Source: Candidatus Doudnabacteria bacterium RIFCSPHIGHO2_01_48_18
GTDB lineage: Bacteria; Patescibacteriota; Doudnabacteria; UBA920; 2-01-FULL-46-14
Assembly (NCBI GenBank): GCA_001777515.1
Contig: MFEF01000002.1
Span: 5,354 to 69,353 of the forward strand
DNA length: 64,000 nucleotides
Direction: 5' to 3'
In this document: positions 43,833 through 53,199 of the stretch, piece by piece
Position numbering within the stretch: position 1 is the first letter of the stretch
Layout: every line of letters starts with the position of its first letter
The notes under the pieces: model-generated
What the model was told of the DNA's origin: nothing
Databases searched by the model: none
Seen by the model: the letters and a program-made list of their open reading frames with translations, nothing else
Made by a program: the position numbers and the translations under genes

Positions 43833-45415
43833 GGTTTTTCGTAAACAACCATTACAAACTGGCCGAATTTATTTTGTTCCGTATGAACCACCCTGGTGTC
43901 CGGATGCGCCTGCACAAATTTTATCCGATCAAACATGGTGGACATGGTGAACACAACCTGATCGCCAGATTTGAGATTGGCCTGGTAGGTATTGGCTGGG
44001 TCAAGCAGGGTATACGGCTGGTTGGTTTCGGTCGTGAAATACTCGACAGTCTGTACGGAAAATTTGTCCAAAGACAGATATGTTTTGTTTTTTTGATTGC
44101 GGTCGTTTAAATAACGGCTGACATTGGTGAGATCTGAGCGGAAAGCATAGTAATATTCAGGCGCGTTTCCGGCCACGCCGAAATAAAGATAAAAATTGAA
44201 AATAAAAATAAATGACAGGAAAAGGATCGCCAGCATGTTGCTCACATTTTTTAAACGCGCCAGATATGCGTTTGTCGTAATTATTCTCCACAATCCATAT
44301 ACTGACCATGCCGGCATGATAAATATTGCCGGGATGACGCCGACGAGCCGTAGGCCGTGGGGAATGCCTTCGGCAGTAGTAACCTCAGGGACAAGCATTG
44401 CCCAAAACCATGCGGCCACAAGCGCCATGTAAAATGTTTTTTCGTCGAACTGTTTGCGGATGGCGTCCCAAAGAAATTTAATGCCAGCGAAAGTAAATAT
44501 TATCAGCGATATCGCAAAGAAAGGGCTGATGACAGAGGTCAGAAATGGAAACTCTGATATATTGTGGCGCCAGTTAGCATCGCCAGTTGTGAAAAACCCG
44601 AGCATGGTCATGCGAAATACTTCCAGGAACGTGCCGATAACATCCCCGTTGTTGAGATCCTTGGAAAAAATCGAAACGTGTCCGGCCCTCCCCATAAAGC
44701 TTCCGGGATGGGTAATGAAATAATAAGCTAGCGGGAAAATAGTAATAAGAAATGCTACTGCGGCAATGATTTTCGGTTTTAGATATTCATGGAAAATTTC
44801 ACGGACGCGGTCGCGGAAGGCCAGCAGCAGCGAGACCTTGAACGCGATAAGCAAAGGGATCATCATCCGGTAAGAGATATAGGTATAAAACCCCAGAGCA
44901 AAAGAGATGCCGGTAAGCGCCGCGGCTTTGTAGCGCTCCCTTTCATCTCGGTCCTGATAAATTTTGATAATTAACAGCAGGGTAAGCGTGGTAAACAGCG
45001 GCACAAGGTTAGCCCGAAAAGCTGTCCGCGATAGAGTTACGGCATAGCTTGAGACTGCCATAAAAAAAGCCGCAAGGTAAGCGACATTTTTTCCGAAGAG
45101 TCTTTTTGTTAGAAAATAGGCCGCCAGGACTTCAAAAAAACCAAAACCCGCTGAGACGATATGGTGTTGCCACGGTCCTCGGCCAAACAAGGCTACAGCC
45201 CCCGCGAGAAAATAGAAGAACAAAGCTTCACGTCCGTTGCCGCGTTCATAAAAAGGCCGCAAGTCCCCGGCAAAGATCGAATTTACATCAATGCCATTGG
45301 CGGCTTCGTCCGGGAACAGGCCGCCAGGAAGTTCAGTAATGAGCGCAAAACGGAAGATGAGAGCTGCGGCGAGGATCAAAATAAGAACAAAATTCTGCTT
45401 TAGAAATTTGCCCAT
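43829..45415 (-). CDS. GT39/GT83 (PMT_2, ArnT-like) polytopic membrane glycosyltransferase, paralog
   Basis: LPGGLFPDEAANGIDV (DE motif) and RLFGKNVAYLAAFFMAVSSYAVTLSR. 528 aa. Confidence 0.7.
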   Translation of the reverse strand: MGKFLKQNFVLILILAAALIFRFALITELPGGLFPDEAANGIDVNSIFAGDLRPFYERGNGREALFFYFLAGAVALFGRGPWQHHIVSAGFGFFEVLAAYFLTKRLFGKNVAYLAAFFMAVSSYAVTLSRTAFRANLVPLFTTLTLLLIIKIYQDRDERERYKAAALTGISFALGFYTYISYRMMIPLLIAFKVSLLLAFRDRVREIFHEYLKPKIIAAVAFLITIFPLAYYFITHPGSFMGRAGHVSIFSKDLNNGDVIGTFLEVFRMTMLGFFTTGDANWRHNISEFPFLTSVISPFFAISLIIFTFAGIKFLWDAIRKQFDEKTFYMALVAAWFWAMLVPEVTTAEGIPHGLRLVGVIPAIFIMPAWSVYGLWRIITTNAYLARLKNVSNMLAILFLSFIFIFNFYLYFGVAGNAPEYYYAFRSDLTNVSRYLNDRNQKNKTYLSLDKFSVQTVEYFTTETNQPYTLLDPANTYQANLKSGDQVVFTMSTMFDRIKFVQAHPDTRVVHTEQNKFGQFVMVVYEKP

Positions 45416-45435
45416 TTTTATGTTATAATAAATGG

Positions 45436-45768
45436 ATGCTCAAGGATCGCTTGATTTTTGTTTCGGTTGTTTTTGGAATCATTTTAAATATTATATTATG
45501 GCTGCTGCTTGGTGGCAAGTTCGGCTGGTCAGCGGAAAAAATTCCGCTGCATTTTAACGTGGTTTACGGCATTGATTTTTTGGGCAGCACCCGCCAGGTC
45601 TATGAGATTCCGCTGACTGGCATAGTGCTTCTGGTCATAAATTCGATTCTTGCCATAAAATTTTACCCGCGCTCTAAACTGTTCAGCTATTTTTTAAGCT
45701 TTAGCGCGCTTGCCATGCAAGCAGTGCTGATTGTGGCCGCGACAGCCCTCATCGTTTTAAATGCCTAA
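45436..45768 (+). CDS. hypothetical small membrane protein (3 TM)
   Basis: Hydrophobic 110-aa ORF immediately upstream of, and overlapping, the GT2 gene. Confidence 0.4.
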   Translation: MLKDRLIFVSVVFGIILNIILWLLLGGKFGWSAEKIPLHFNVVYGIDFLGSTRQVYEIPLTGIVLLVINSILAIKFYPRSKLFSYFLSFSALAMQAVLIVAATALIVLNA

Positions 45769-47419
45769 CTTCCAAAAAACCCGAACTTACCGATTTTTAG
45801 AAATCCTGCCAGCGCTGATGACCTGGCTGACTTTTGTTGGTGCCGCGGTTTTTTCATATTTTACGCCGTTCGTTGTCGCGGTTTATATCATCCTGTTTGA
45901 TCTGTACTGGGTTCTCAAGGCTATCAACACCGCAATGCATTTGCTATCGAGCTTTTTCAAACTGCAGCTGCACGCCAGTTATGATTGGAGAAAAAGAGTA
46001 GAGGCGCTAGGTAATATAGAAAGCTACAAAAACGAATTGCGAAAGGGAATAGTCAGCGCGACCAAAAAAAATGTGAGAGGCGATCTCAAGCACGAGCTGT
46101 TTCGTTTGGATGGCGCGGATTTCACGAGCCGCAATCTGGATTTCAAGAAAATTTATCACCTGGTACTGCTGCCGACCTACAAAGAAAGCCTGACCGTCCT
46201 TGATAGCTCCATCCGTTCGATTTTAAATTCTGATTTTCCCCTTGATCAGATTTTTTTCGTGCTAGCCACGGAGGAGCGGGATCGCGAGCAAGCGACCCTG
46301 AATGCCAGCATTCTACAGGAACGCTACAAAGGAAAATTTTTCAGATTTGAGGTGATTATGCACCCGGACGGAATCGCCGGCGAGATCAAAGCAAAAGGCG
46401 CGAACCTGACGCACGCCGCGCGCAAGGCCACGGCTATGCTTAAAGATCTTGGTATTCCCCGGGAGAATGTGGTTGTTTCCGCTTTTGATTCGGACACAGT
46501 GGTGTCGAAAAATTATTTTTCCTATTTGACCTATGCGTTTTTGACCGCAAAAAAACCATATCGCACCAGCTACCAGCCAATGCCAGTTTATAACAATAAT
46601 ATTTGGGACGCCCCAGCGATCACCAGAATCGTCGCTGTAGCCAACTCTTTCTGGCAGATGGTGGAAGCCAGCCGCCCCGATCGCCTTGTAACCTTTTCTT
46701 CGCACGCAATGTCGCTCAAGGCACTCGTTGAGGTGGATTTTTGGCCGGTGGACGTGATTTCCGACGATTCGCAGATTTTTTGGCGATGCTGGCTGCATTA
46801 TCATGGCGATTATCGCACACAGCCTTTGTTCACCACGGTTTCCCTTGATGCGATGCTTGACGAAACATATTTCCGCACGCTGGTGGGGCAATACAAACAA
46901 AAACGGCGCTGGGCTTGGGGCAACTCTGAAAACATCCCATACCTTATTACCAACTCCGTTAAGGACCGCCTCATTCCGTGGTGGAAGAAAATCATCTACG
47001 TCGAACGCATGCTAGAAGGATATTATTTCTGGGCCACGGCATCAATCATGATCGCCATCCTCGGCTGGCTGCCGCTTATTCTTGGCGGGGAAAGGCTGTC
47101 AGAGAATGTTTTGCTCTTCAACCTGCCGCTTTTAACCCGGCTGATGATGCAGGTTGCCACAGTGTTTCTGATTTTTTCGGTTTACATTAACCTGGTCATG
47201 ATTCCGCCGCGGCCGAAGCATTTTTCCAAATGGCGGTCGATCAACATGGTTTTTCAGTGGGTGTTTGTTCCAATCGTTTCGATAGTCTTTGGATCAGCTC
47301 CGGCCATTGACGCGCAAATCCGGATGATGTTTGGCAATTATCTCGGCTTCTGGGTTACACCCAAGGCCCGCAAAACCAGCATCGAGGAACCAGCTATGGT
47401 GTTTCAGAAAGGCAGATAG
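45761..47419 (+). CDS. membrane GT2 glycosyltransferase of the processive (cellulose/hyaluronan-synthase-like) type
   Basis: N-terminal TMs, then a GT-A domain with SAFDSDTVV (DxD-type), a Q(R/K)RRW motif (QKRRWAWG), and C-terminal TMs. Confidence 0.65.
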   Translation: MPNFQKTRTYRFLEILPALMTWLTFVGAAVFSYFTPFVVAVYIILFDLYWVLKAINTAMHLLSSFFKLQLHASYDWRKRVEALGNIESYKNELRKGIVSATKKNVRGDLKHELFRLDGADFTSRNLDFKKIYHLVLLPTYKESLTVLDSSIRSILNSDFPLDQIFFVLATEERDREQATLNASILQERYKGKFFRFEVIMHPDGIAGEIKAKGANLTHAARKATAMLKDLGIPRENVVVSAFDSDTVVSKNYFSYLTYAFLTAKKPYRTSYQPMPVYNNNIWDAPAITRIVAVANSFWQMVEASRPDRLVTFSSHAMSLKALVEVDFWPVDVISDDSQIFWRCWLHYHGDYRTQPLFTTVSLDAMLDETYFRTLVGQYKQKRRWAWGNSENIPYLITNSVKDRLIPWWKKIIYVERMLEGYYFWATASIMIAILGWLPLILGGERLSENVLLFNLPLLTRLMMQVATVFLIFSVYINLVMIPPRPKHFSKWRSINMVFQWVFVPIVSIVFGSAPAIDAQIRMMFGNYLGFWVTPKARKTSIEEPAMVFQKGR

Positions 47420-48490
47420 ATGATCAGCGACCCCAAGCTGTTTGTTCTGGTTTTTGCGGCGTTTTTTTTGATCTCATTTTTGATCACCAAATTTGTCAGA
47501 CGCGTGGCGTTTGAGCTAGGCATACAGGATATTCCCGATAGTGACAGAAAGATCCACGACAAGCCGCGGCCGAAGCTTGGCGGTTCTGCCCTGTACTTGA
47601 GCTTTGCTTTTGGCGTGATGTGCCTGGCGCTTCTCGGCCTTACCGATGAGATTTCCGCGACCCGTATTGCCGCGCTGCTGATCGGCGCGCTTATTCTCAT
47701 TGTCGGGGGCATTCTTGATGACAAATACGATCTGCCGGCTTATGTTCAAATAGTTTTTCCAGTGGCCGCGGCGCTCGCTGTGGTTGGCAGCGGGATTCAT
47801 ATTTCTTATATTACCAACCCCTTTGGCGGCGAGATCATCCTTGATCAATGGAAATTGGGCGGTTTTCCAGTGCTGGGAAGCCTTGTCGTGTTTCTCTGGA
47901 TTCTTGGCATGACGTATACTACGAAATTCTTGGATGGCATGGATGGACTCGTCAGCGGCATCTCCGGAATAGCTGGTATCGTGATTTTTGGTTTGTCGCT
48001 CGCGCCGGATGTGCTGCAGACCACGACAGCTTTTTTGGCGCTCATATTTGCCGCCGTGTGTTTTGGGTTTTTGCCTTTCAATTTTCATCCTGCCAGGATT
48101 TTTTTGGGGGAAGGAGGGAGCACTTTCACCGGGTTTATGATCGGCGTCTTGGCGGTCATTTCCGGCGGCAAGATTGCTACCGCGCTATTGGTTCTGGGGA
48201 TCCCGATCATGGACGCAGCCTGGGTTATTGTGCGCCGCCTATGGTACGGATCATCGCCGTTTGTGGGAGATAAAAAACACCTGCATTTCCGGCTTTTGGA
48301 CGTGGGGTTGTCGCAAAGACAAGCGGTTCTGTTTTTGTATTTTTTGTCTGCGGTATTTGGAGGGATCGCCGTGTTTCTGCAAAGCTGGGGCAAGCTTATC
48401 GCCTTGGGCGCGATGTTCCTTGTCATGATTGTAGTGGCCATGGCAGTTGTGATAATCTATAGAAAGAAATCGGTCACCCCGAAAAAATGA
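47420..48490 (+). CDS. UDP-GlcNAc:undecaprenyl-phosphate GlcNAc-1-phosphate transferase-like (WecA/TagO, MraY-family)
   Basis: DKYDLPAYVQ ... TTKFLDGMDGLVSG is the MraY/WecA polyprenyl-phosphate sugar-phosphate transferase signature. Confidence 0.7.
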   Translation: MISDPKLFVLVFAAFFLISFLITKFVRRVAFELGIQDIPDSDRKIHDKPRPKLGGSALYLSFAFGVMCLALLGLTDEISATRIAALLIGALILIVGGILDDKYDLPAYVQIVFPVAAALAVVGSGIHISYITNPFGGEIILDQWKLGGFPVLGSLVVFLWILGMTYTTKFLDGMDGLVSGISGIAGIVIFGLSLAPDVLQTTTAFLALIFAAVCFGFLPFNFHPARIFLGEGGSTFTGFMIGVLAVISGGKIATALLVLGIPIMDAAWVIVRRLWYGSSPFVGDKKHLHFRLLDVGLSQRQAVLFLYFLSAVFGGIAVFLQSWGKLIALGAMFLVMIVVAMAVVIIYRKKSVTPKK

Positions 48491-48936
48491 TCAAATTCGT
48501 CATATTTATAGTTCTGTTGTTGTTGGGCGGCGGCTTGTATTATCTGCACGCGGCCAGGGAGCAGCTGGCAGTAGCTACGCTCACCATCAAAAATAAAGAA
48601 ATACAAATTGAAATCGCGGATTCTCTGGCAGCCCAAGCCCTCGGCCTCTCTGGCAGGCAGTCACTGTGCGCTGATTGCGGCATGCTGTTTATTTACGACC
48701 GGCCGAAATTTCAGCGTTTTACCATGAGAGACATGAATTTCCCCCTCGATATGATTTTCATCGACAAGGGCAAAATCGTGGAGATCAGGGAAGCGATTCC
48801 CAACCCAAAAAGCGGGGAGAGCTCGGTTATCATCCAAAGCGCCAATCAAGCCGACGCGGTTTTGGAGGTAAATGACGGTTTTGTCTGGAAAAACAAGATT
48901 AAGGTTGGCGACATGGTGGTCTTGCGCAAAAAATAG
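48487..48936 (+). CDS. DUF192-family protein
   Basis: MLFIYDRPKFQRFTMRDMNFPLDMIFIDKGKIVEI matches the conserved DUF192 core. Confidence 0.6.
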   Translation: MIKFVIFIVLLLLGGGLYYLHAAREQLAVATLTIKNKEIQIEIADSLAAQALGLSGRQSLCADCGMLFIYDRPKFQRFTMRDMNFPLDMIFIDKGKIVEIREAIPNPKSGESSVIIQSANQADAVLEVNDGFVWKNKIKVGDMVVLRKK

Positions 48937-48957
48937 AGCCCTGCTATTATATTACCT

Positions 48958-49260
48958 ATGTTTGCAATAATAGAAACCGGTGGAAAACAATATCTTGTTT
49001 CCCCCAAAGACAAAATCAGAGTAGAAAAACTGGACACCAAAGGCGACGAGGTTACCTTTGACAAGGTGCTCCTTGTTTCCGACAAGGACACGAAAATAGG
49101 CAGTCCGTTTGTTTCCGGCGCCAAAGTCACCGCCCGCGTGGTAAACCAGGGGAGGGACCGAAAGCTTCGGATTTTTAAATATAAATCCAAGGTTCGCTAT
49201 CGCCGAAGATTAGGCCATCGCCAGCATTTTACTGAACTTGAGATCCAATCAATTGCATAA
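48958..49260 (+). CDS. rplU: 50S ribosomal protein L21
   Basis: MFAIIETGGKQYLVSPKDKIRVEKLD is the L21 N-terminus. Confidence 0.9.
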   Translation: MFAIIETGGKQYLVSPKDKIRVEKLDTKGDEVTFDKVLLVSDKDTKIGSPFVSGAKVTARVVNQGRDRKLRIFKYKSKVRYRRRLGHRQHFTELEIQSIA

Positions 49261-49287
49261 ACCCCCGGACAGTATCGGGGGTTTAGT
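49260..49287. terminator. bidirectional terminator between rplU (+) and recR (-)
   Basis: AAACCCCCG gacagtat CGGGGGTTT. Confidence 0.6.
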
Positions 49288-49897
49288 TTATTCCATAGTC
49301 CCTTCGGCCTTCCATGGCTTTGGTGATTGTCAGCTCATCGGCGTATTCGATGTCGCCGCCCATGGGCAGACCGTGCGCGATTCTGGTAATTCTGACATTT
49401 GGGATGCTTTTTAATCGCTTGGCGACATACATTGCCGTACCTTCGCCTTCAAGCGAGGGGTTGGTAGCGATAATGATTTCCGATTTCTCGCCGAGATTCA
49501 TGATTCGCTCCAGAAGCTCCCTGATCTTTAGGTTGTCAGGACCAATGCCGTCGATAGGGGATATAACACCGCCCAGCACATGATAGGTGCCTTGAAAATT
49601 GCGTCCTTGCTCGAGAGCGACTACATCGAGAGGTTCTTCCACTACGCAGATGAGGTTTTGCTTGCGATTTTTGTCTGAGCAAATCGCGCAAAGTGCGCTT
49701 TCAGCAAGGTTATGGCATTGCTGGCAAAAAGTCAGCTCGTGCTTGAGTTCGCTCACCGACTTGGCTAGCTGTTCGCGTTCAAAATCCTTGCTCTTGAGCA
49801 AATAAAAAGCGAGCCTTGAAGCAGATTTGGGTCCAATACCAGGCAATCTGCTTAATTCTTCGATTAGTTTACGGATGGATTTGGGTAGTATATTCAT
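49283..49897 (-). CDS. recR: recombination protein RecR
   Basis: HhH LPGIGPKSASRLAFYLL, C4 zinc finger CQQCHNLAESALCAICSD, and Toprim domain. Confidence 0.9.
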   Translation of the reverse strand: MNILPKSIRKLIEELSRLPGIGPKSASRLAFYLLKSKDFEREQLAKSVSELKHELTFCQQCHNLAESALCAICSDKNRKQNLICVVEEPLDVVALEQGRNFQGTYHVLGGVISPIDGIGPDNLKIRELLERIMNLGEKSEIIIATNPSLEGEGTAMYVAKRLKSIPNVRITRIAHGLPMGGDIEYADELTITKAMEGRRDYGIN

Positions 49898-49922
49898 ATT
49901 GCAATTTCCAAACTGATTGAAA

Positions 49923-51311
49923 TTATATCTCTTCTATCTCCTCTATGACCTCTCGCTCTCGTGCCAGGCTTCTAAATGAAGTTTTGCTGGCATCAAAGAA
50001 GAGTTCGATCTGGCCGGTCGGCCCGTTGCGGTGTTTTCTGATCAAAATTTCTGCGACGTTGGGCTTTCTGGTGTCTTTGCCTGTGTAAACCTCGTCGCGG
50101 TAAATGAACATCACTACGTCAGCATCCTGTTCGATAGATCCGGATTCGCGCAGGTCAGATAACTGCGGACGCTTGTCATTCCCGCGCTGTTCGACGGCGC
50201 GGGACAGCTGGGAGAGAGCGAGGACCGGTACGTTAAGCTCGCGGGCGAGGGATTTGAGAGCGCGGGAGATTTCAGAAACCTCTTGTACGCGGTTTTCCTG
50301 ATTGCGGCCCTGCATCAGCTGCAAATAGTCGACTACGATTAATCCTAAATTTTGTTCTGCCTGGAGTCTTCGAGCCTTAGTACGAATCTCCATGATGTTG
50401 GATGAAGCGGAGTCGTCAATGAAAATTGGCGCGTCAGCCAGCCGTCCCATAGCATGTCCAATGCGCTCGAAATCATTGTCTGGTCCGTCATCGGAAAGCC
50501 GGCCGGTTCGCATTTTCCAAAGATCAACATTGGCTTCGGACGCCAGCAATCTATCCACCAACTGATCTTTACTCATTTCCAGAGAAAAAACGCCGACCGC
50601 GATTTTTTCGCTAACTCCCACGTGCCTGACAATGTCCAAGGCTAAAGAGGTTTTTCCCATGGATGGGCGCGCGGCGAGAATTACTAAATCTGATTTTTGA
50701 AGGCCGCCTAAAAGATTATCCAGGTCAGAAAAGCCACTGGGGATACCACGGAGTTTGCCGCGTTCTTTATGAAGCTCGTCAATGCGGTCAAAAGTTTCAT
50801 GCAGAACCTGCGTGAGTGGCACAAAATTTTGTTTCAGATATTTCTGCGACACTCCAAACAGGCGCTGTTCCGCGGTATCGAGAAGCATTTCCATGTCTTC
50901 CACGTCGCTGTAAGACGCGGTGATTATTTCTGACGAGGCGCGGATCAGCTTCCGCAGTGTAGCTTTGCGCTGCACTATTTTGGCGTAATGGACCACATGC
51001 GCGGCATTGGGGGTGCTATTTACGAGCGAGGTCACATATCCCGTGCCGCCGGCTTGCTCAAGCATGCCTTTTTCTTCGAGGCGATTCGCGACAGTCAACA
51101 CATCTATGCTGGCCCGGCTTTCGTAAAGATCCAGCATCGTCTCATAGATGAGGCCGTTTTTGCGTTCGTAAAAATCTTCCGGTAAAAGCTGGTCCGCGAT
51201 CTTGATGATCGCGTCTCGGTCCAACATGACGCCGCCAAGTACCGAGGCTTCAGCCTCAAGGTTCTGCGGGGGGAGTCTGTCAATTTGGGAGTTTTTTGTA
51301 TCTGTTGGCAC
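49923..51311 (-). CDS. dnaB: replicative DNA helicase DnaB
   Basis: LPPQNLEAEASVLGGVMLD N-terminus, Walker A ARPSMGKTSLAL, GLIVVDYLQLM. Confidence 0.9.
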   Translation of the reverse strand: MPTDTKNSQIDRLPPQNLEAEASVLGGVMLDRDAIIKIADQLLPEDFYERKNGLIYETMLDLYESRASIDVLTVANRLEEKGMLEQAGGTGYVTSLVNSTPNAAHVVHYAKIVQRKATLRKLIRASSEIITASYSDVEDMEMLLDTAEQRLFGVSQKYLKQNFVPLTQVLHETFDRIDELHKERGKLRGIPSGFSDLDNLLGGLQKSDLVILAARPSMGKTSLALDIVRHVGVSEKIAVGVFSLEMSKDQLVDRLLASEANVDLWKMRTGRLSDDGPDNDFERIGHAMGRLADAPIFIDDSASSNIMEIRTKARRLQAEQNLGLIVVDYLQLMQGRNQENRVQEVSEISRALKSLARELNVPVLALSQLSRAVEQRGNDKRPQLSDLRESGSIEQDADVVMFIYRDEVYTGKDTRKPNVAEILIRKHRNGPTGQIELFFDASKTSFRSLAREREVIEEIEEI

Positions 51312-51516
51312 GGATTTTATTTATTTAGGGTACGTTAATAATACTGCCGCAGAAGAGCCTGGTCAAACCCCGCCAAAATCCATAAAAGCGATCTGTTCAT
51401 CCTCATCTTAGCCACAGTTTACCCACCAAATTTTACAAAAAAAAGCAGGAAGCCTCGTATCTTGCGAAAGCTCCCTGACTCTCCCTTATGGAGAGATTAA
51501 GTGGCGAATTATCCAG

Positions 51517-53190
51517 TCACCTCAGATTCAGACGGTCAAAGTCTGATTTGGTTTCCTCGAACATTCTCCCCAAGAATTTTTTGATGCTCGAGCCCACTCC
51601 CTGCTGCGTGCTTGTATTTTTTCCGTCCGTGCCGGTGGCAGCGGCGACGGCAAATTTGGGGTCCTCTTGAAAATCCAGGGTTTGCAAAAACTCTTCGCCC
51701 AGAGCCCTGCAAAGGTTAGATCTGATTTCGATCTCTTTGAGCGCTTCTTCGGTGAGAGTTAGTTCCCGGAAACCGGTAATCTTGGTCAGCTGATGAAACG
51801 TGAGATCGTGAGACAAATGCACTGGCCCTTCCTGTGACCGAATCACGCATTTGGTGAGCTTGAAATTTTTCTTGATGATCGCTTTCATGCGGTGATGAAT
51901 CGCTTCTGGCAAGCCTTTTCCAAAGTTTCCGATTTCCGCCAGACCGGGAAGATTTTTCATGATCTCATCATAAGTCATGATTTCCTCCGGAAGTTCCGCG
52001 ACTCGAGCATGCGCATTTTCGAGCTTCATGGCTTCGATCCAGTCAGGCAGGGCGGGGAAATCTCTCATTCGTTTGAAACGGGCCACGTTATCAATCGGTT
52101 CCACCGGCGCAATCGCGCCGTGTTCAAACAGCGCAAATTTGTGTTTCTGGGATGCAGCAATGAACGCTTCATGGAAGCGAAGAGACACCACAACAACTTT
52201 GTCATCACTGAGAGCTTCGCTGTTCATCTGGTGGATCTTGATGCGATTCTCAAGAGCAGATTGGCGCTCCTCATCTTTTCTGGCGAACATGGCGTTAACC
52301 GCTCCCACATTCCTTGGAGTGCGGATGACGCGGATGGCGCCTTTGAGCGGACGCTGCTGTTCCGTGAAGAGCCGGTTTTTCCAGCTTTCTTCGTAATGCG
52401 CTTTCATAGCCTCGGCATTGGCGAGATCTGCGATAGGCAACTCGATCCTGGTCATAGTGATTGGCCCGCATTCCTGGTAGAGCTCAGCCAGTCTGCGCCC
52501 GTCGATCTTTTTGCCGAAAGAATCCGAGCTAAAGATTGTGATTAGCGTATCGAGCAGGTCCTCAATTTGCCTGTCGAATTCGTCGTAATTGATTTCCTGC
52601 CCGCTCGTATCTGCCGCGTCCGTGCACATTTCCAGGTAGGGAATGCCGAGCTTCCTCATCTGTTCGAATACCACGTCGGCTTCCTCTACCCGCTGCCACG
52701 AGCTGCCATCTTCGACCGACGGCCGTATCGTGAGTGCGAAGGGGATGATTTTCTTGCGGTTTTTGTCATCAGTCTGGGCGAGAATCAGCTTCAGGATTTC
52801 TATCAGCGTGCCGCGGCCAGTGTTTCCGCCCAAAGCTACAATGACGACAATGATCTGCGTGAGTGCCAGGACCAGCTTTTGAAACTCGTTCTGCACTGAT
52901 TTGGTGAGAAACGAATCGCGCCCTTCTTCCGCGCTTCCCGCGCCATTCATCCGGCCATCGCCGTAACGGATGATCTGCAGCAGCCTTGCTGTAGATTTCT
53001 CGCGTTCCAGGGTGGCATGCTCCGTATTCCCAGCAACGAATTGGATGGTTTCCTTAAGCGCATCAATTCGCGAGGGATCTGACGCCGCCCATTTTTTGAA
53101 TCGTCTCTCTAGGATGCGAGCGGCAATCGCCGCAATCTGCACGCCAACGTTGCCTGAACCGAAAACCTTGATCCGTAGCCGTTCTTCCAT
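51517..53190 (-). CDS. divergent FtsZ/tubulin-superfamily GTPase with ~240-aa C-terminal extension (557 aa)
   Basis: FtsZ GTPase motifs occur in canonical order and spacing: T1-like KVFGSGNVG (aa 8-16), T2 QFVAGNTEHATL (cf. FIAVNTDAQAL), T3 GDGRMNGAGSAEEGR (cf. GLGAGANPEVGR), T4 ALGGNTGRG (cf. GGGTGTG), T7 INYDEFD (cf. NVDFAD) at about aa 200. The T1 box is atypical. The C-terminal 240 aa have no recognisable family. Confidence 0.6.
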   Translation of the reverse strand: MEERLRIKVFGSGNVGVQIAAIAARILERRFKKWAASDPSRIDALKETIQFVAGNTEHATLEREKSTARLLQIIRYGDGRMNGAGSAEEGRDSFLTKSVQNEFQKLVLALTQIIVVIVALGGNTGRGTLIEILKLILAQTDDKNRKKIIPFALTIRPSVEDGSSWQRVEEADVVFEQMRKLGIPYLEMCTDAADTSGQEINYDEFDRQIEDLLDTLITIFSSDSFGKKIDGRRLAELYQECGPITMTRIELPIADLANAEAMKAHYEESWKNRLFTEQQRPLKGAIRVIRTPRNVGAVNAMFARKDEERQSALENRIKIHQMNSEALSDDKVVVVSLRFHEAFIAASQKHKFALFEHGAIAPVEPIDNVARFKRMRDFPALPDWIEAMKLENAHARVAELPEEIMTYDEIMKNLPGLAEIGNFGKGLPEAIHHRMKAIIKKNFKLTKCVIRSQEGPVHLSHDLTFHQLTKITGFRELTLTEEALKEIEIRSNLCRALGEEFLQTLDFQEDPKFAVAAATGTDGKNTSTQQGVGSSIKKFLGRMFEETKSDFDRLNLR

Positions 53191-53199
53191 ATCTGCTCC

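Noticed and set aside
46313-46900. 195-aa minus-strand ORF
   Set aside because: Antisense to the processive GT2 gene (QKRRW, DxD motifs on + strand).
47516-48088. 190-aa minus-strand ORF
   Set aside because: Antisense to the WecA-like gene. Its basic/His-rich composition is typical of reverse-frame translation of a membrane-protein gene.
51892-52545. 217-aa and 139-aa + strand ORFs inside the FtsZ-like gene region
   Set aside because: They are antisense to the motif-rich FtsZ-like CDS. They have no start context and no family signal.
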